Below, in pieces: positions 50,249 through 62,927 of a stretch of DNA of 64,000 bases. A program made the position numbers and the translations under genes. The DNA comes from Betaproteobacteria bacterium HGW-Betaproteobacteria-7. GTDB taxonomy: Bacteria; Pseudomonadota; Gammaproteobacteria; Burkholderiales; Rhodocyclaceae. The stretch spans positions 71,959-135,958 of the forward strand of contig PHCE01000004.1 of assembly GCA_002840765.1 (NCBI GenBank), in the 5' to 3' direction. The number at the start of each line of letters is the position of its first letter. The stretch's first letter is position 1. Below the pieces are notes generated by a model that was not told where the DNA came from, did not search any database, and saw only the letters and a program-made list of their open reading frames with translations.

Positions 50249-51169
50249 TCAGATGTAGGACAGCCAGCCGCGATGGGCTTCCGAGCGGCCATAGACGACG
50301 TCGAAGTACTTGGCCTGGATCTGCGTGGTGATCGGGCCGCGGCGGCCGATGCCGATCTGCCGGCCGTCGAGTTCGCGGATCGGCGTGACTTCGGCGGCGG
50401 TGCCGGTGAAGAAGGCTTCGTCGCAGCAATAGACTTCGTCGCGGGTGATGCGCTTTTCCTGGACCGAGAGGCCCAGTTCCTCGGCGATCTGCAGCACCGT
50501 GGCGCGGGTGATGCCTTCCAGGCAGGAGGTCAGGTCCGGCGTATACAGCTTGCCCTTCTTGACGATGAACAGGTTCTCGCCGGCGCCTTCGGCAACATAG
50601 CCTTCCGGGTCGAGCAGCATGGCTTCGTCGTAACCTTCATTGGTCACTTCGTTGTTGGCCAGGATTGAGTTGATGTAATGGCCGGAGGCCTTGGCGCGGA
50701 CCATCGAGATATTGACGTGATGGCGGGTGTAGCTCGAGACCTTGACGCGGATGCCGCGCTCCATGCCTTCCTCACCGAGGTAGGCGCCCCACGGCCAGGC
50801 GGCGATGGCGACATGGACCTTGGCGCCCTTGGGCGAGACGCCCATCTTTTCCGAGCCGTAGAAGGCGATCGGACGCAGGTAGCCGGATTCGAGCTTGTTG
50901 GCGCGCAGCACTTCCTTGTGCGCTTCGTTGATGGTCGCCTTGTCGTAAGGCATGGCCATCTGGAAGATGTGGGCGGAGTTGAACAGGCGGTCGGTATGTT
51001 CTTCCAGGCGGAAGATGGCAGTGCCGGCATCGGTCTTGTAGGCGCGGACACCTTCGAAGACGCTCATTCCGTAATGCAGCGAATGGGTGAGAACGTGCGT
51101 GGTCGCCTCGCGCCAGGGAATGAGTTTGCCGTCTTGCCAGATGAAACCGTCGCGATCCGCCATGGACAT
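50249..51169 (-). CDS. ilvE: Branched-chain amino acid aminotransferase
   Basis: 306 aa: HSLHYGMSVFEGVRAY, the region homologous to the PLP-lysine segment, and EGAGENLF. Confidence 0.95.
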   Translation of the reverse strand: MSMADRDGFIWQDGKLIPWREATTHVLTHSLHYGMSVFEGVRAYKTDAGTAIFRLEEHTDRLFNSAHIFQMAMPYDKATINEAHKEVLRANKLESGYLRPIAFYGSEKMGVSPKGAKVHVAIAAWPWGAYLGEEGMERGIRVKVSSYTRHHVNISMVRAKASGHYINSILANNEVTNEGYDEAMLLDPEGYVAEGAGENLFIVKKGKLYTPDLTSCLEGITRATVLQIAEELGLSVQEKRITRDEVYCCDEAFFTGTAAEVTPIRELDGRQIGIGRRGPITTQIQAKYFDVVYGRSEAHRGWLSYI

Positions 51170-51261
51170 GGTTGCTTCTCCGTGTTGCGCGTGTGTGAAA
51201 GCGCGTAATTCTAGCCGAAATCAGCGGCTAAAATAACGCCTTTGCCGACCGAGCCCGCCTC

Positions 51262-51708
51262 ATGATCTGGAAACCCAATGTCACCGTTGCCGCCGTCATT
51301 CAGCGCGACGGCAAGTTCCTGCTGGTCGAGGAAGAAACCGATGCCGGACTGGCTTTCAACCAGCCGGCCGGCCATCTAGAGGAGGGCGAGGCGCTGGTCG
51401 ATGCGGTGATCCGCGAGACGCTGGAAGAGACCGCCTACCATTTCAAGCCGACGCATCTGATCGGCGTCTATAACTGGCGCCATCCGGTGAAGGAAATTAC
51501 CTACCTGCGCTTCGCCTTTACTGGCGAATTGCGCGGCTACGAGGCCGAGCGCCAGCTCGACACGGGCATCATCGGCGCTCGCTGGCTGACGCTGGACGAG
51601 GTGAAGGCGACGCAGGGGCGCCATCGCAGCCCGCTGATCCTGCGCTGTATCGAGGACCTGCTGGCCGGCCGGCGCTATCCGCTCGACCTGCTGGTGCATT
51701 ACGCGTGA
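51262..51708 (+). CDS. NUDIX hydrolase
   Basis: 148 aa. Nudix box: GHLEEGEALVDAVIRETLEETA. Confidence 0.85.
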   Translation: MIWKPNVTVAAVIQRDGKFLLVEEETDAGLAFNQPAGHLEEGEALVDAVIRETLEETAYHFKPTHLIGVYNWRHPVKEITYLRFAFTGELRGYEAERQLDTGIIGARWLTLDEVKATQGRHRSPLILRCIEDLLAGRRYPLDLLVHYA

Positions 51709-52262
51709 TCCGCAGCGTCATCGTCGCCCTCGTTCTGGCGTTCGCCGGTCTGGCCAACGCTGGCGAGCGGCTGGTGGTTTGCCACGGTTACGGCTGTCTG
51801 GTCCAGGAGTCGGTGGCTTACAGCGATGGGCAACTGGGCGAGATTCGCCGCCTGCTGTTTGCCGCCGAAGATGCCGCCGGCGAGCGCCAGCGCCTGGCCG
51901 AGGCGCTGGGCCGGCTTTATGGCTGGGCCGGACAGCAGTCGGACATCCGTCACGATAAGGGGGGCAATTACGCCGATCAGGGTGTTCCGGGGCGCATGGA
52001 TTGCATCGATCATTCAACGACGACGACGCGCCTGCTGCGCCTGCTGGAAGCGCGTGGCTATCTGCGCTGGCACCGGGTGCTCGAACCGACGATGCGCAGC
52101 TTTGCCCTGATTTTTGCGCCGCATCGTTCGGCGGTGATTGAAACGCTAGGCGACGGCACGGCGGAATCCTTCGTCGTCGATAGCTGGTTTGTCGATAATG
52201 GCCAGCCGGCGGTGATCCTGCCTCTGGCCGACTGGAAGAAAGGGGCTGGGCCCGATGTCTGA
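51705..52262 (+). CDS. Secreted hypothetical protein (Cys-containing)
   Basis: 185 aa. GTG start overlapping the NUDIX stop. Signal peptide [19 protein letters not shown]. It overlaps the mnmA start by 8 nt. Confidence 0.5.
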   Translation: MIRSVIVALVLAFAGLANAGERLVVCHGYGCLVQESVAYSDGQLGEIRRLLFAAEDAAGERQRLAEALGRLYGWAGQQSDIRHDKGGNYADQGVPGRMDCIDHSTTTTRLLRLLEARGYLRWHRVLEPTMRSFALIFAPHRSAVIETLGDGTAESFVVDSWFVDNGQPAVILPLADWKKGAGPDV

Positions 52263-53352
52263 AAAAACTGTGGTCGTCGGCTTGTCCGGCGGCGTTGATT
52301 CCTCCGTTGCGGCCTTGTTGCTGAAGCGCCAGGGCTGGAAGGTGGTCGGCCTGTTCATGAAGAACTGGGAGGATGACGACACCGAGGAATACTGTTCGTC
52401 GCGCCAGGACCTGATCGACGTCATGAGCGTCGCCGACACCATCGGCATCGACGTCGAGGTGGTCAATTTCGCCGCCGAGTACCGCGAACGCGTGTTCGCC
52501 GAGTTTCTGCGCGAATACCAGGCCGGGCGGACGCCGAATCCGGACATCCTGTGCAACTCGGAAATCAAGTTCAAGGCCTTCCTTGAGCATGCCATGAAGC
52601 TGGGCGCTGACAAGATCGCCACCGGCCACTACGCTGGCGTGCGCGAGTTCAACGGCGAATTCCAGCTGTTGAAGGCCGAGGATGGGACCAAGGACCAGAG
52701 CTACTTCCTCTACCGGCTGAACCAGGCGCAGCTATCCAAGACCCTGTTTCCACTGGCCGGCCTGTACAAGCGCGAGGTGCGCAAGATCGCCGAGGCGGAA
52801 GGCCTGCACGTCGCCGCCAAGAAGGATTCGACCGGCATCTGCTTTATCGGTGAGCGGCCGTTCAAGGATTTCCTCGCCCGCTATCTGCCGCCGAAACAGG
52901 GTGAGATCCGTCGCCTCGACGATGGCAAGGTGCTGGGCAAGCACGATGGCCTGATGTACCACACGCTTGGCCAGCGCAAGGGGCTGCATATCGGCGGTCT
53001 GAAGGAGAAGGGTCAGCCGGGCGGCGGCGATCACGATGCCTGGTTCGTCGCCGGCAAGGATATGGATAAGAACGTGCTCTACGTCGTCCAGGGGCACGAC
53101 CATCCGGCGCTCCTCAAGGCCAGTCTGGTTTCCGAGCAATTGAGCTGGGTTGCCGGTCGGGCGCCACAGGCGCACTGGGTGTACACCGCCAAGCCGCGCT
53201 ATCGCACCAGCGATCAGCCATGCGAGATCGAACGTGTCGATGCCGATAGCTGCGAAATCAATTTCGCCGAGCCGCAGTGGGCGTTGACGCCCGGCCAGTC
53301 GGTGGTGCTCTACGAGAGCCGGGTTTGCCTGGGCGGTGGGGTGATTCGCTAG
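52255..53352 (+). CDS. mnmA: tRNA 2-thiouridine(34) synthase
   Basis: 365 aa. PP-loop [14 protein letters not shown]; NPDILCN; DQSYFL. Confidence 0.95.
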   Translation: MSEKTVVVGLSGGVDSSVAALLLKRQGWKVVGLFMKNWEDDDTEEYCSSRQDLIDVMSVADTIGIDVEVVNFAAEYRERVFAEFLREYQAGRTPNPDILCNSEIKFKAFLEHAMKLGADKIATGHYAGVREFNGEFQLLKAEDGTKDQSYFLYRLNQAQLSKTLFPLAGLYKREVRKIAEAEGLHVAAKKDSTGICFIGERPFKDFLARYLPPKQGEIRRLDDGKVLGKHDGLMYHTLGQRKGLHIGGLKEKGQPGGGDHDAWFVAGKDMDKNVLYVVQGHDHPALLKASLVSEQLSWVAGRAPQAHWVYTAKPRYRTSDQPCEIERVDADSCEINFAEPQWALTPGQSVVLYESRVCLGGGVIR

Positions 53353-53356
53353 AGCT

Positions 53357-53935
53357 TCAGTCGTCGCTGGCGCGCTGGTCGGACTTTTCGATCACCGCGC
53401 AGAAGGCGTGTAGCAGATCGGGGTCGTGCTTGGTGCCGGCTTCGCTGCTCAGGATGTCCATCACCGTCCGGTGTTGGCGGGCCTGGTGATAGGGCCGGGA
53501 TACGGCCATGGCGTCATAGCTGTCGGCCAGCGAGACGATGCGCGCGAACAACGGAATGGCGGTGCCGCGCAGTCCGTCCGGATAGCCTGAGCCGTTGAAG
53601 TGCTCATGATGATGGCGGACCACTTGGGCCACCGTGGGCGATTTTTCGTCGCCGATGGCGAGGATGATCCGCTCGCCAATGATGGTGTGCTGCTTCATGC
53701 ACTCCCATTCCAGTTCCTCAAACGGTGCCGGCTTGCGCAGGATCTGGTCGGGAATGCCGATCTTGCCGAGATCATGGAACTGGGCGCCGAGGCTGAGTAG
53801 TGCGAGTTCGCGTTCGCTGAGATCAATGTGTTGGCCGAGTTCGACCGAAAGCTGGACGACGCGCTCGCAATGCCGCCGCGTGTGATGATCTCGCTCGCCC
53901 AAGGCAACCGTCAGGGAGTGGGCGATGTTATGCAT
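53357..53935 (-). CDS. Stand-alone HD-GYP domain phosphodiesterase
   Basis: Start at MHNIAHSLT. Motifs HDLGKIGIP, HHEHFNGSGYPDGL, and SLADSYDAM. Confidence 0.85.
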   Translation of the reverse strand: MHNIAHSLTVALGERDHHTRRHCERVVQLSVELGQHIDLSERELALLSLGAQFHDLGKIGIPDQILRKPAPFEELEWECMKQHTIIGERIILAIGDEKSPTVAQVVRHHHEHFNGSGYPDGLRGTAIPLFARIVSLADSYDAMAVSRPYHQARQHRTVMDILSSEAGTKHDPDLLHAFCAVIEKSDQRASDD

Positions 53936-54074
53936 GGGAAAACCTTCTGTTGTTTGATTCAGCACTGGACCCCCAAAGTCTCTCAGAGCATTGTCGGCGA
54001 ATCGGCCGTGTATTTTCTGCTTAATAGACCGTCGTTGCTGTCGAGGGTTCATTCGCTCCGGCATCGCCCGGGCG

Positions 54075-54100
54075 AAAAAAGCGCCCATCGGCGCTTTTTT
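54075..54100. terminator. Bidirectional intrinsic terminator downstream of the GST gene
   Basis: AAAAAAGCGCC-CATC-GGCGCTTTTTT. Confidence 0.8.
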
Positions 54101-54127
54101 GACTGCGGTATTGGGTGCCGGGGGGGT

Positions 54128-54733
54128 TCAGTCCTTGGGCAGGGTGTCGGCGAATGACGCACGCTGGAGGAGCTTGGCATTCAGCTTTTCCAGGTTGGCG
54201 TGCTCCTGCCAGGCGATGTCGGGGAAACGGAAGCTCAGGTAACCCAGGGCCGTGCCGACGGCGATGTCGGCCATCGAAAAATGGGTACCCATGCAGAAGG
54301 GTTTTTCACCCAGTTCAGTGGCCATGAAGGCCAGGCTGCGAGTGATTTTTTCCTGCTGGCGGGCGATCCAGTCGGTGTTCTTTTGACTTTTCGGCCGACG
54401 CGATTCGAGCAGCGCGGCGACGGCTGCATCGCAAACGCCATCAGCCAGGGCCTCCCAGCGCTTGACCTCGGTTCGCTCGCGGTTCGGAGCCGGAAAGAGC
54501 TTGTTGTTCGGCGTCACATTGTCGATGTATTCGACAATGACGCGCGAATCGAAGAGCGGCGTTTCGTCGTCGAGTACCAGCACGGGAATCTTGCCCAGCG
54601 GGTTGATGCCGGGAACCAGGCTTTCCGTCTGCCACGGGGAATCGATAACGAACTCGACTTCAATCTTCTTTTCGGCCAGCACTACACGGACCTTGCGGGT
54701 GTAGGGGCTGGAATATGAGCCGATCAGCTTCAT
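54128..54733 (-). CDS. Glutathione S-transferase (YibF-like)
   Basis: 201 aa from MKLIGSYSSPYTRKVRVVLAEKKI. From memory, similar along its whole length to E. coli YibF. Confidence 0.8.
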   Translation of the reverse strand: MKLIGSYSSPYTRKVRVVLAEKKIEVEFVIDSPWQTESLVPGINPLGKIPVLVLDDETPLFDSRVIVEYIDNVTPNNKLFPAPNRERTEVKRWEALADGVCDAAVAALLESRRPKSQKNTDWIARQQEKITRSLAFMATELGEKPFCMGTHFSMADIAVGTALGYLSFRFPDIAWQEHANLEKLNAKLLQRASFADTLPKD

Positions 54734-54757
54734 CGTATGCTCTCTGTTTTGGGGTGA

Positions 54758-56194
<1,437 letters not shown>

Positions 56195-56470
56195 ATGCGC
56201 TGTTCCAAGTGCGGGCAGGAAGTCCCGGCTGACGCCATCTACTGCCCGCATTGCACCGGCGAGCGCCGCACCACGGATAGCGAAGTTATCCGCGGTGGGG
56301 TCAAGGGCGGGCTGCTTGGCCTGGCCATCGGCCTGGTGCCGGCGCTGCTGCTGCTCTACATCTACGGCCCCGAGCGCGGCATCAAGGCGATCGCCTTCGC
56401 TGTGCCGGTGGCGACTTTCACCACCGGTCTGATCATCGGCTTGGTCAAAGCCAAACGCGACTGGAAATAG
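56195..56470 (+). CDS. Zinc-ribbon membrane protein, function unknown
   Basis: 91 aa. CSKCG...CPHC ribbon followed by two TM helices. The ATG directly abuts the purB stop. Confidence 0.5.
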   Translation: MRCSKCGQEVPADAIYCPHCTGERRTTDSEVIRGGVKGGLLGLAIGLVPALLLLYIYGPERGIKAIAFAVPVATFTTGLIIGLVKAKRDWK

Positions 56471-56508
56471 GCCCCTCTCGCTCCCCAACTTACGACTAGC
56501 AACTAAAA

Positions 56509-56826
56509 ATGTCTTTTGCCGAAAACCTGAAGAAACTGCCGGGTATCTCCCATCTGGCCGCCATCAATCTGCTCGACACCGAAGGCAATGTCGTCGCCAG
56601 CATCGAGAACAAGCCGGGCAGCCAGGGTTCGCTGGCCGTATACAACCACCTGGCACAGACCTACGGCTCGATCAATGGCGAGGCGGCGAAGAAGGGCCTG
56701 GAAATCTTCGCCGAACACAGCGAGGACGAGCGCGCCAATCCCGGCAAGCATCCGAATATCGCCCGCCTGCTGGCAATCGAAGCCGGCCAGCCGGCGTTGC
56801 GCGTCAAGCACGTCTTCGCGCTGTAA
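56509..56826 (+). CDS. DUF2322-like hypothetical protein
   Basis: 105 aa. MSFAENLKKLPGISHLAAINLLDTEGNVVASIENKPGSQGSL matches my recollection of DUF2322. Not verified. Confidence 0.5.
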   Translation: MSFAENLKKLPGISHLAAINLLDTEGNVVASIENKPGSQGSLAVYNHLAQTYGSINGEAAKKGLEIFAEHSEDERANPGKHPNIARLLAIEAGQPALRVKHVFAL

Positions 56827-56838
56827 GCATCGCCTGCC

Positions 56839-57917
56839 TCAGTCGCGGGCAAAGCGCTGCATCTGGCGCAGGAACTCCGGGTAGATAGCGAGCAAGTGAT
56901 CGACCAGTTGCGGATCGAACTGGCTGCCGGCGCCATCGCGGATGATGGCCAGCGCATCGTCTGGCGATAGTGCGGTCTTGTACGGGCGTTCCGACGTCAG
57001 TGCGTCGTAGACGTCGATGATGGCCGTGATCCGGCCTTCGATCGGAATTTCCTCGCCGGCCAGGGCGGACGGGTAACCCTTGCCGTCCCAGCGTTCGTGG
57101 TGGGTGAAGGCGATCTGCCGGGCCATGCGGGTGACGTCGGCGTTGTAATCACCGAGGATATCCACACCGAACTGGCAGTGCGCCTTGATCTGCTCGAATT
57201 CCTCGGGCGTCAGCTTGCCCGGCTTGAGCAGCAGCTGGTCGGAAATTCCGATCTTGCCGATGTCATGCATCATCGCCGCGTAGCGGATCAGTTCGATCTG
57301 CTGGCGCGGCAGGCCGGCGGCCTGGGCCAACAGGTGGCAGCCAGCCGAGACGCGGAAAATGTGCGAACCGGTGTCGCTGTCGCGGAATTCGCCAGCACGG
57401 GCGAGGCAGCGCACCAACTCGAACTGGGTTTCGATCAGTTGCTCGGTGCGCTGCGTCACCAGTACTTCCAGGCGTTCCGCTTCGCCTTCGCGGTCCTGGT
57501 AGAGAAAGCGGCTTTCCAGCGCATTGCGGATGCGGCACAACACCTCGTCGTTGTCGAACGGCTTGACCAGATAGTCGCGGGCGCCCAGCGACAGTGCCGC
57601 CAGGCGCGTTTCGCGCTCGGTCTGGGCGGTCAGCACGATCACCTGCAGGCCGTCCTGGTGGATAGCCTCCTGCAGCAGGGCCAGCACTGACAAGCCGTCG
57701 AGGATCGGCATGCGCATGTCGAGCAGCAACAGGTCGAGCGGCCCGTTGTCCATGCGTTCCAGTACCTGGGTCGGGTCGGTCATGCCCTCGACGTGGCGGT
57801 AGCCAGCTTCGGCCAGGAATACTTCAAGCAGCCGGACATTGCCCGGCTGGTCGTCGACCACCAGGATGCGAGCGTCGTGAAAGCGCTCTTTGGCGATAAG
57901 CGATCGCTTGTGCAGGC

Positions 57918-57921
<4 letters not shown>
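56839..57921 (-). CDS. Response regulator with an HD-GYP output domain (RpfG family)
   Basis: Start at MSLHKRSL (ATGA overlap with the HK stop). Receiver motifs ILVVDD, LLLDMRMPILDG, KPF. HD-GYP motifs HDIGKIGIS and HHERWDGKGYP. Confidence 0.9.
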
Positions 57922-60476
<2,555 letters not shown>

Positions 60477-60529
60477 TCTCCTTCCCTTTATGTGCCGGGA
60501 GATTGTGCTCGAATCGTCAGGCTGTGAAT

Positions 60530-60543
60530 TCGATATATATCAA
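60530..60543. promoter_or_regulatory. FNR/CRP-family box TCGAT-N4-ATCAA in the divergent intergenic region
   Basis: One mismatch to TTGAT-N4-ATCAA. The box centre (60536.5) is 41.5 nt from a TSS predicted from a minus-strand CACAAT -10 hexamer (60507-60502). It is about 44.5 nt from a TSS predicted from a plus-strand TATAAA (60569-60574). Confidence 0.4.
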
Positions 60544-60625
60544 AAGTATTAGCCGTCAATGACGAAGCTATAAATTGATATTTTTTGCGTGTTATCCGCT
60601 TGGGCTATTGCCTTCATGCCAGCTG

Positions 60626-60641
60626 TGTAACTTTGGTTACA
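60626..60641. promoter_or_regulatory. Perfect palindrome TGTAAC-N4-GTTACA; candidate operator upstream of the cytochrome c-prime gene
   Basis: The 16-bp dyad lies 63-78 nt upstream of the ATG. A third GTTACA half-site is at 60661-60666. I did not recognise the cognate regulator. Confidence 0.3.
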
Positions 60642-60703
60642 GAATGCGTCACATGAAGCCGTTACAATCCGGACGCCCGTCTTTCTATTAATGGAGAACA
60701 CCA

Positions 60704-61156
60704 ATGAAGAAGCTCATGCTTGCCGTGCTCAGCCTTACCCTGGCCGGCGGTGCGACCGCCCAGGTCAAGCCGGAAGATGCCATCAAGTTCCGCCAGTCGG
60801 CTTACGCCACCATGGCCTGGAGCATGGCCCGCATCAAGATGAATGTCGAAGGCACCTATAACAAGGAAGAAGTGGTCAAGGCCGCCACCGTCATCCAGGC
60901 AATCGCCAACTCCGGCATGGGCGCCCTCTACCTGCCGGGGACCGACAAGGGCAAGGGCTGGGAAGAAACCCGCGTCAAGCCCGAGTTATTCACCAACAAG
61001 GAAGGTGTCGGCAAGGTGGCCATGGCTTTCAACAAGGAAGCTAACGAAATGGCCAAAGTGGCTGCCAGCGGTGACGTCGCCGCCGTCAAGGAACAGTTCG
61101 GCAAGCTCGGCGGCACCTGCAAAGGCTGTCACGACGACTTCAAGGTCAAGAAGTAA
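60704..61156 (+). CDS. Cytochrome c-prime (class II cytochrome c)
   Basis: 150 aa. Signal peptide, four-helix-bundle-type sequence, and the C-terminal heme site CKGCHDDFK. Confidence 0.9.
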   Translation: MKKLMLAVLSLTLAGGATAQVKPEDAIKFRQSAYATMAWSMARIKMNVEGTYNKEEVVKAATVIQAIANSGMGALYLPGTDKGKGWEETRVKPELFTNKEGVGKVAMAFNKEANEMAKVAASGDVAAVKEQFGKLGGTCKGCHDDFKVKK

Positions 61157-61176
61157 GCTTTACCATGCGCTAATCG

Positions 61177-61202
61177 CAGGCGCCCGCGGGCGCCTGTTTT
61201 TA
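61177..61202 (+). terminator. Intrinsic terminator between the cytochrome c-prime and b561 genes
   Basis: The CAGGCGCC / GGCGCCTG stem is followed by TTTTTA. Confidence 0.75.
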
Positions 61203-61225
61203 TTGTGATGACAAGAGAAAAGATC

Positions 61226-61915
61226 ATGAACCGCACCCGCCATCGCCTTTGGGACCTGCCCACCCGCCTGTTCCACTGGCTGCTTGTCCTGGCCGTCGCC
61301 GCCGCCATCATCAGCGGTCAGTTGGGTGGCAACCTGATTGTCTGGCACGGCCGGATCGGCCTTCTCATTGTCGGTCTGATCGTTTTCCGTCTGCTCTGGG
61401 GCGTGCTCGGCTCGACCTATGCCCGTTTTGCCCACTTCTTCCCGACACCGGCCAAGATCAAGGTCTATTTGCGCGGTGAATGGCGCCAGCCCGGGCACAA
61501 TCCACTGGGCGCCCTGTCGGTCTTTGCCGTGCTCGCCCTGGTCGCCTTCCAGGCGATCTCTGGTTTGTTCGCCAACGACGATATAGCCTTCAACGGCCCA
61601 CTCTACGATCTGGTCGGCAGGGATCTGAGCAACCGCTTGAGCGGTCTGCACCATCTGGCCTCGAACGCCTTGTATGCGCTGATTGCCATCCATCTGGCGG
61701 CAATTGCCTTCTACGGGCGGGTGAAGAAGAACAATCTGGTCAAGCCGATGATCACCGGCTGGCGGGAGGGTGAGGGCGAAGATGCGCAAGGCGGCGGTCT
61801 GCCGGCCCTGATCCTTGCCCTGATCCTCGCTCTGGCCGCAGTCTATGGCGCCAGCGGTGCCTGGTTGGCGGAACCGCCGGCACCGCCGCCGGCAGCGGAA
61901 ACGCCCGGCTGGTAA
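61226..61915 (+). CDS. Cytochrome b561-family membrane protein
   Basis: Start at MNRTRHRLWDLPTRLFHWLLV. Conserved His residues in TM helices (FHW, WHGRIG, HHLASN, IHLAAI). Confidence 0.85.
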   Translation: MNRTRHRLWDLPTRLFHWLLVLAVAAAIISGQLGGNLIVWHGRIGLLIVGLIVFRLLWGVLGSTYARFAHFFPTPAKIKVYLRGEWRQPGHNPLGALSVFAVLALVAFQAISGLFANDDIAFNGPLYDLVGRDLSNRLSGLHHLASNALYALIAIHLAAIAFYGRVKKNNLVKPMITGWREGEGEDAQGGGLPALILALILALAAVYGASGAWLAEPPAPPPAAETPGW

Positions 61916-61923
61916 GAGAGCAA

Positions 61924-61953
61924 AAAGAAAGCCGCCCGTGGGCGGCTTTCTTC
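61924..61953. terminator. Bidirectional terminator between the b561 gene and secF
   Basis: AAAGAAAGCCGCCCGTGGGCGGCTTTCTT. Confidence 0.75.
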
Positions 61954-61970
61954 ATGGTGAGCGGCGATGC

Positions 61971-62915
61971 TCAGACGACGGCGCCGTCCTCGTTGGCACC
62001 TTCGATGACCTTCTTCGGCTTGATGAACTGCTCGCGCGAGACGCCCAGCCACATGACCAGCGGGCTGGCGACCAGCACCGAGGAGTAGATGCCGAAACAG
62101 ATGCCGATAGTCAGGGCCAGCGAGAAGTAATACAGCGTTGCTCCACCGAAGATCAGCATCGACAGGACCATGATCTGCGTCGAGCCGTGGGTGATGATGG
62201 TCCGGCTGATGGTGCTGGTGATGGCGTGGTCGAGCACCTGCGGGGTGCTCAGGCCGCGCACCCGCTTGAAGGTTTCACGCACCCGGTCGAAGACGACCAC
62301 CGATTCGTTCACCGAATAGCCGAGTACGGCCAGCACGGCGGCCAGCACCGACAGCGAGAATTCCCACTGGAAGGCGGCGAAGAAGCCGAGGATGATGATC
62401 ACGTCGTGCAGGTTGGCGATGATCGCCGAGACCGCGAAACGCCATTCGAAGCGGAAGGCGAGGTAGATCATGATGCCGATGATGACCACCAGCAGCGCCA
62501 GCGCACCGTTTTCGGCGAGCTCCTTGCCGACCTGCGGGCCGACATACTCGACGCGCGACAGGCTGGCCCCGGCGGTTTCGGCGGTCAACGCCTGCATCAC
62601 CTGTTCACCCTGCTTGGCGCTTTCCTGAGCGTTGCGCAGCGGCAGGCGGATCATCACGTCTTGCGAGGAGCCGAAGTTCTGTACCGTGTAGTCGGTGAAA
62701 CCATTTTTCCCCAGCGTCTGACGAATCTTCTCGAGGTCGGCACTTTGTTCGTACTTGACCTCGATCAGCGTGCCGCCGGTGAATTCGACCGACAGGTGCA
62801 GGCCTTTGGTGGCCAGGAAGAAGACGGCGAGCAGGAAGGTGATGAGTGAAATGATGTTGAACTTCAGCGCATGGCGCATGAAGGGGATGTCTTTCTTGAT
62901 GCGGAAGAGTTCCAT
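61971..62915 (-). CDS. secF: Protein translocase subunit SecF
   Basis: 314 aa: FRIKKDIPFMRHALKFNIISL, and the RTIITHGSTQ motif region. Confidence 0.95.
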   Translation of the reverse strand: MELFRIKKDIPFMRHALKFNIISLITFLLAVFFLATKGLHLSVEFTGGTLIEVKYEQSADLEKIRQTLGKNGFTDYTVQNFGSSQDVMIRLPLRNAQESAKQGEQVMQALTAETAGASLSRVEYVGPQVGKELAENGALALLVVIIGIMIYLAFRFEWRFAVSAIIANLHDVIIILGFFAAFQWEFSLSVLAAVLAVLGYSVNESVVVFDRVRETFKRVRGLSTPQVLDHAITSTISRTIITHGSTQIMVLSMLIFGGATLYYFSLALTIGICFGIYSSVLVASPLVMWLGVSREQFIKPKKVIEGANEDGAVV

Positions 62916-62927
62916 GTCCGTGCGTCC

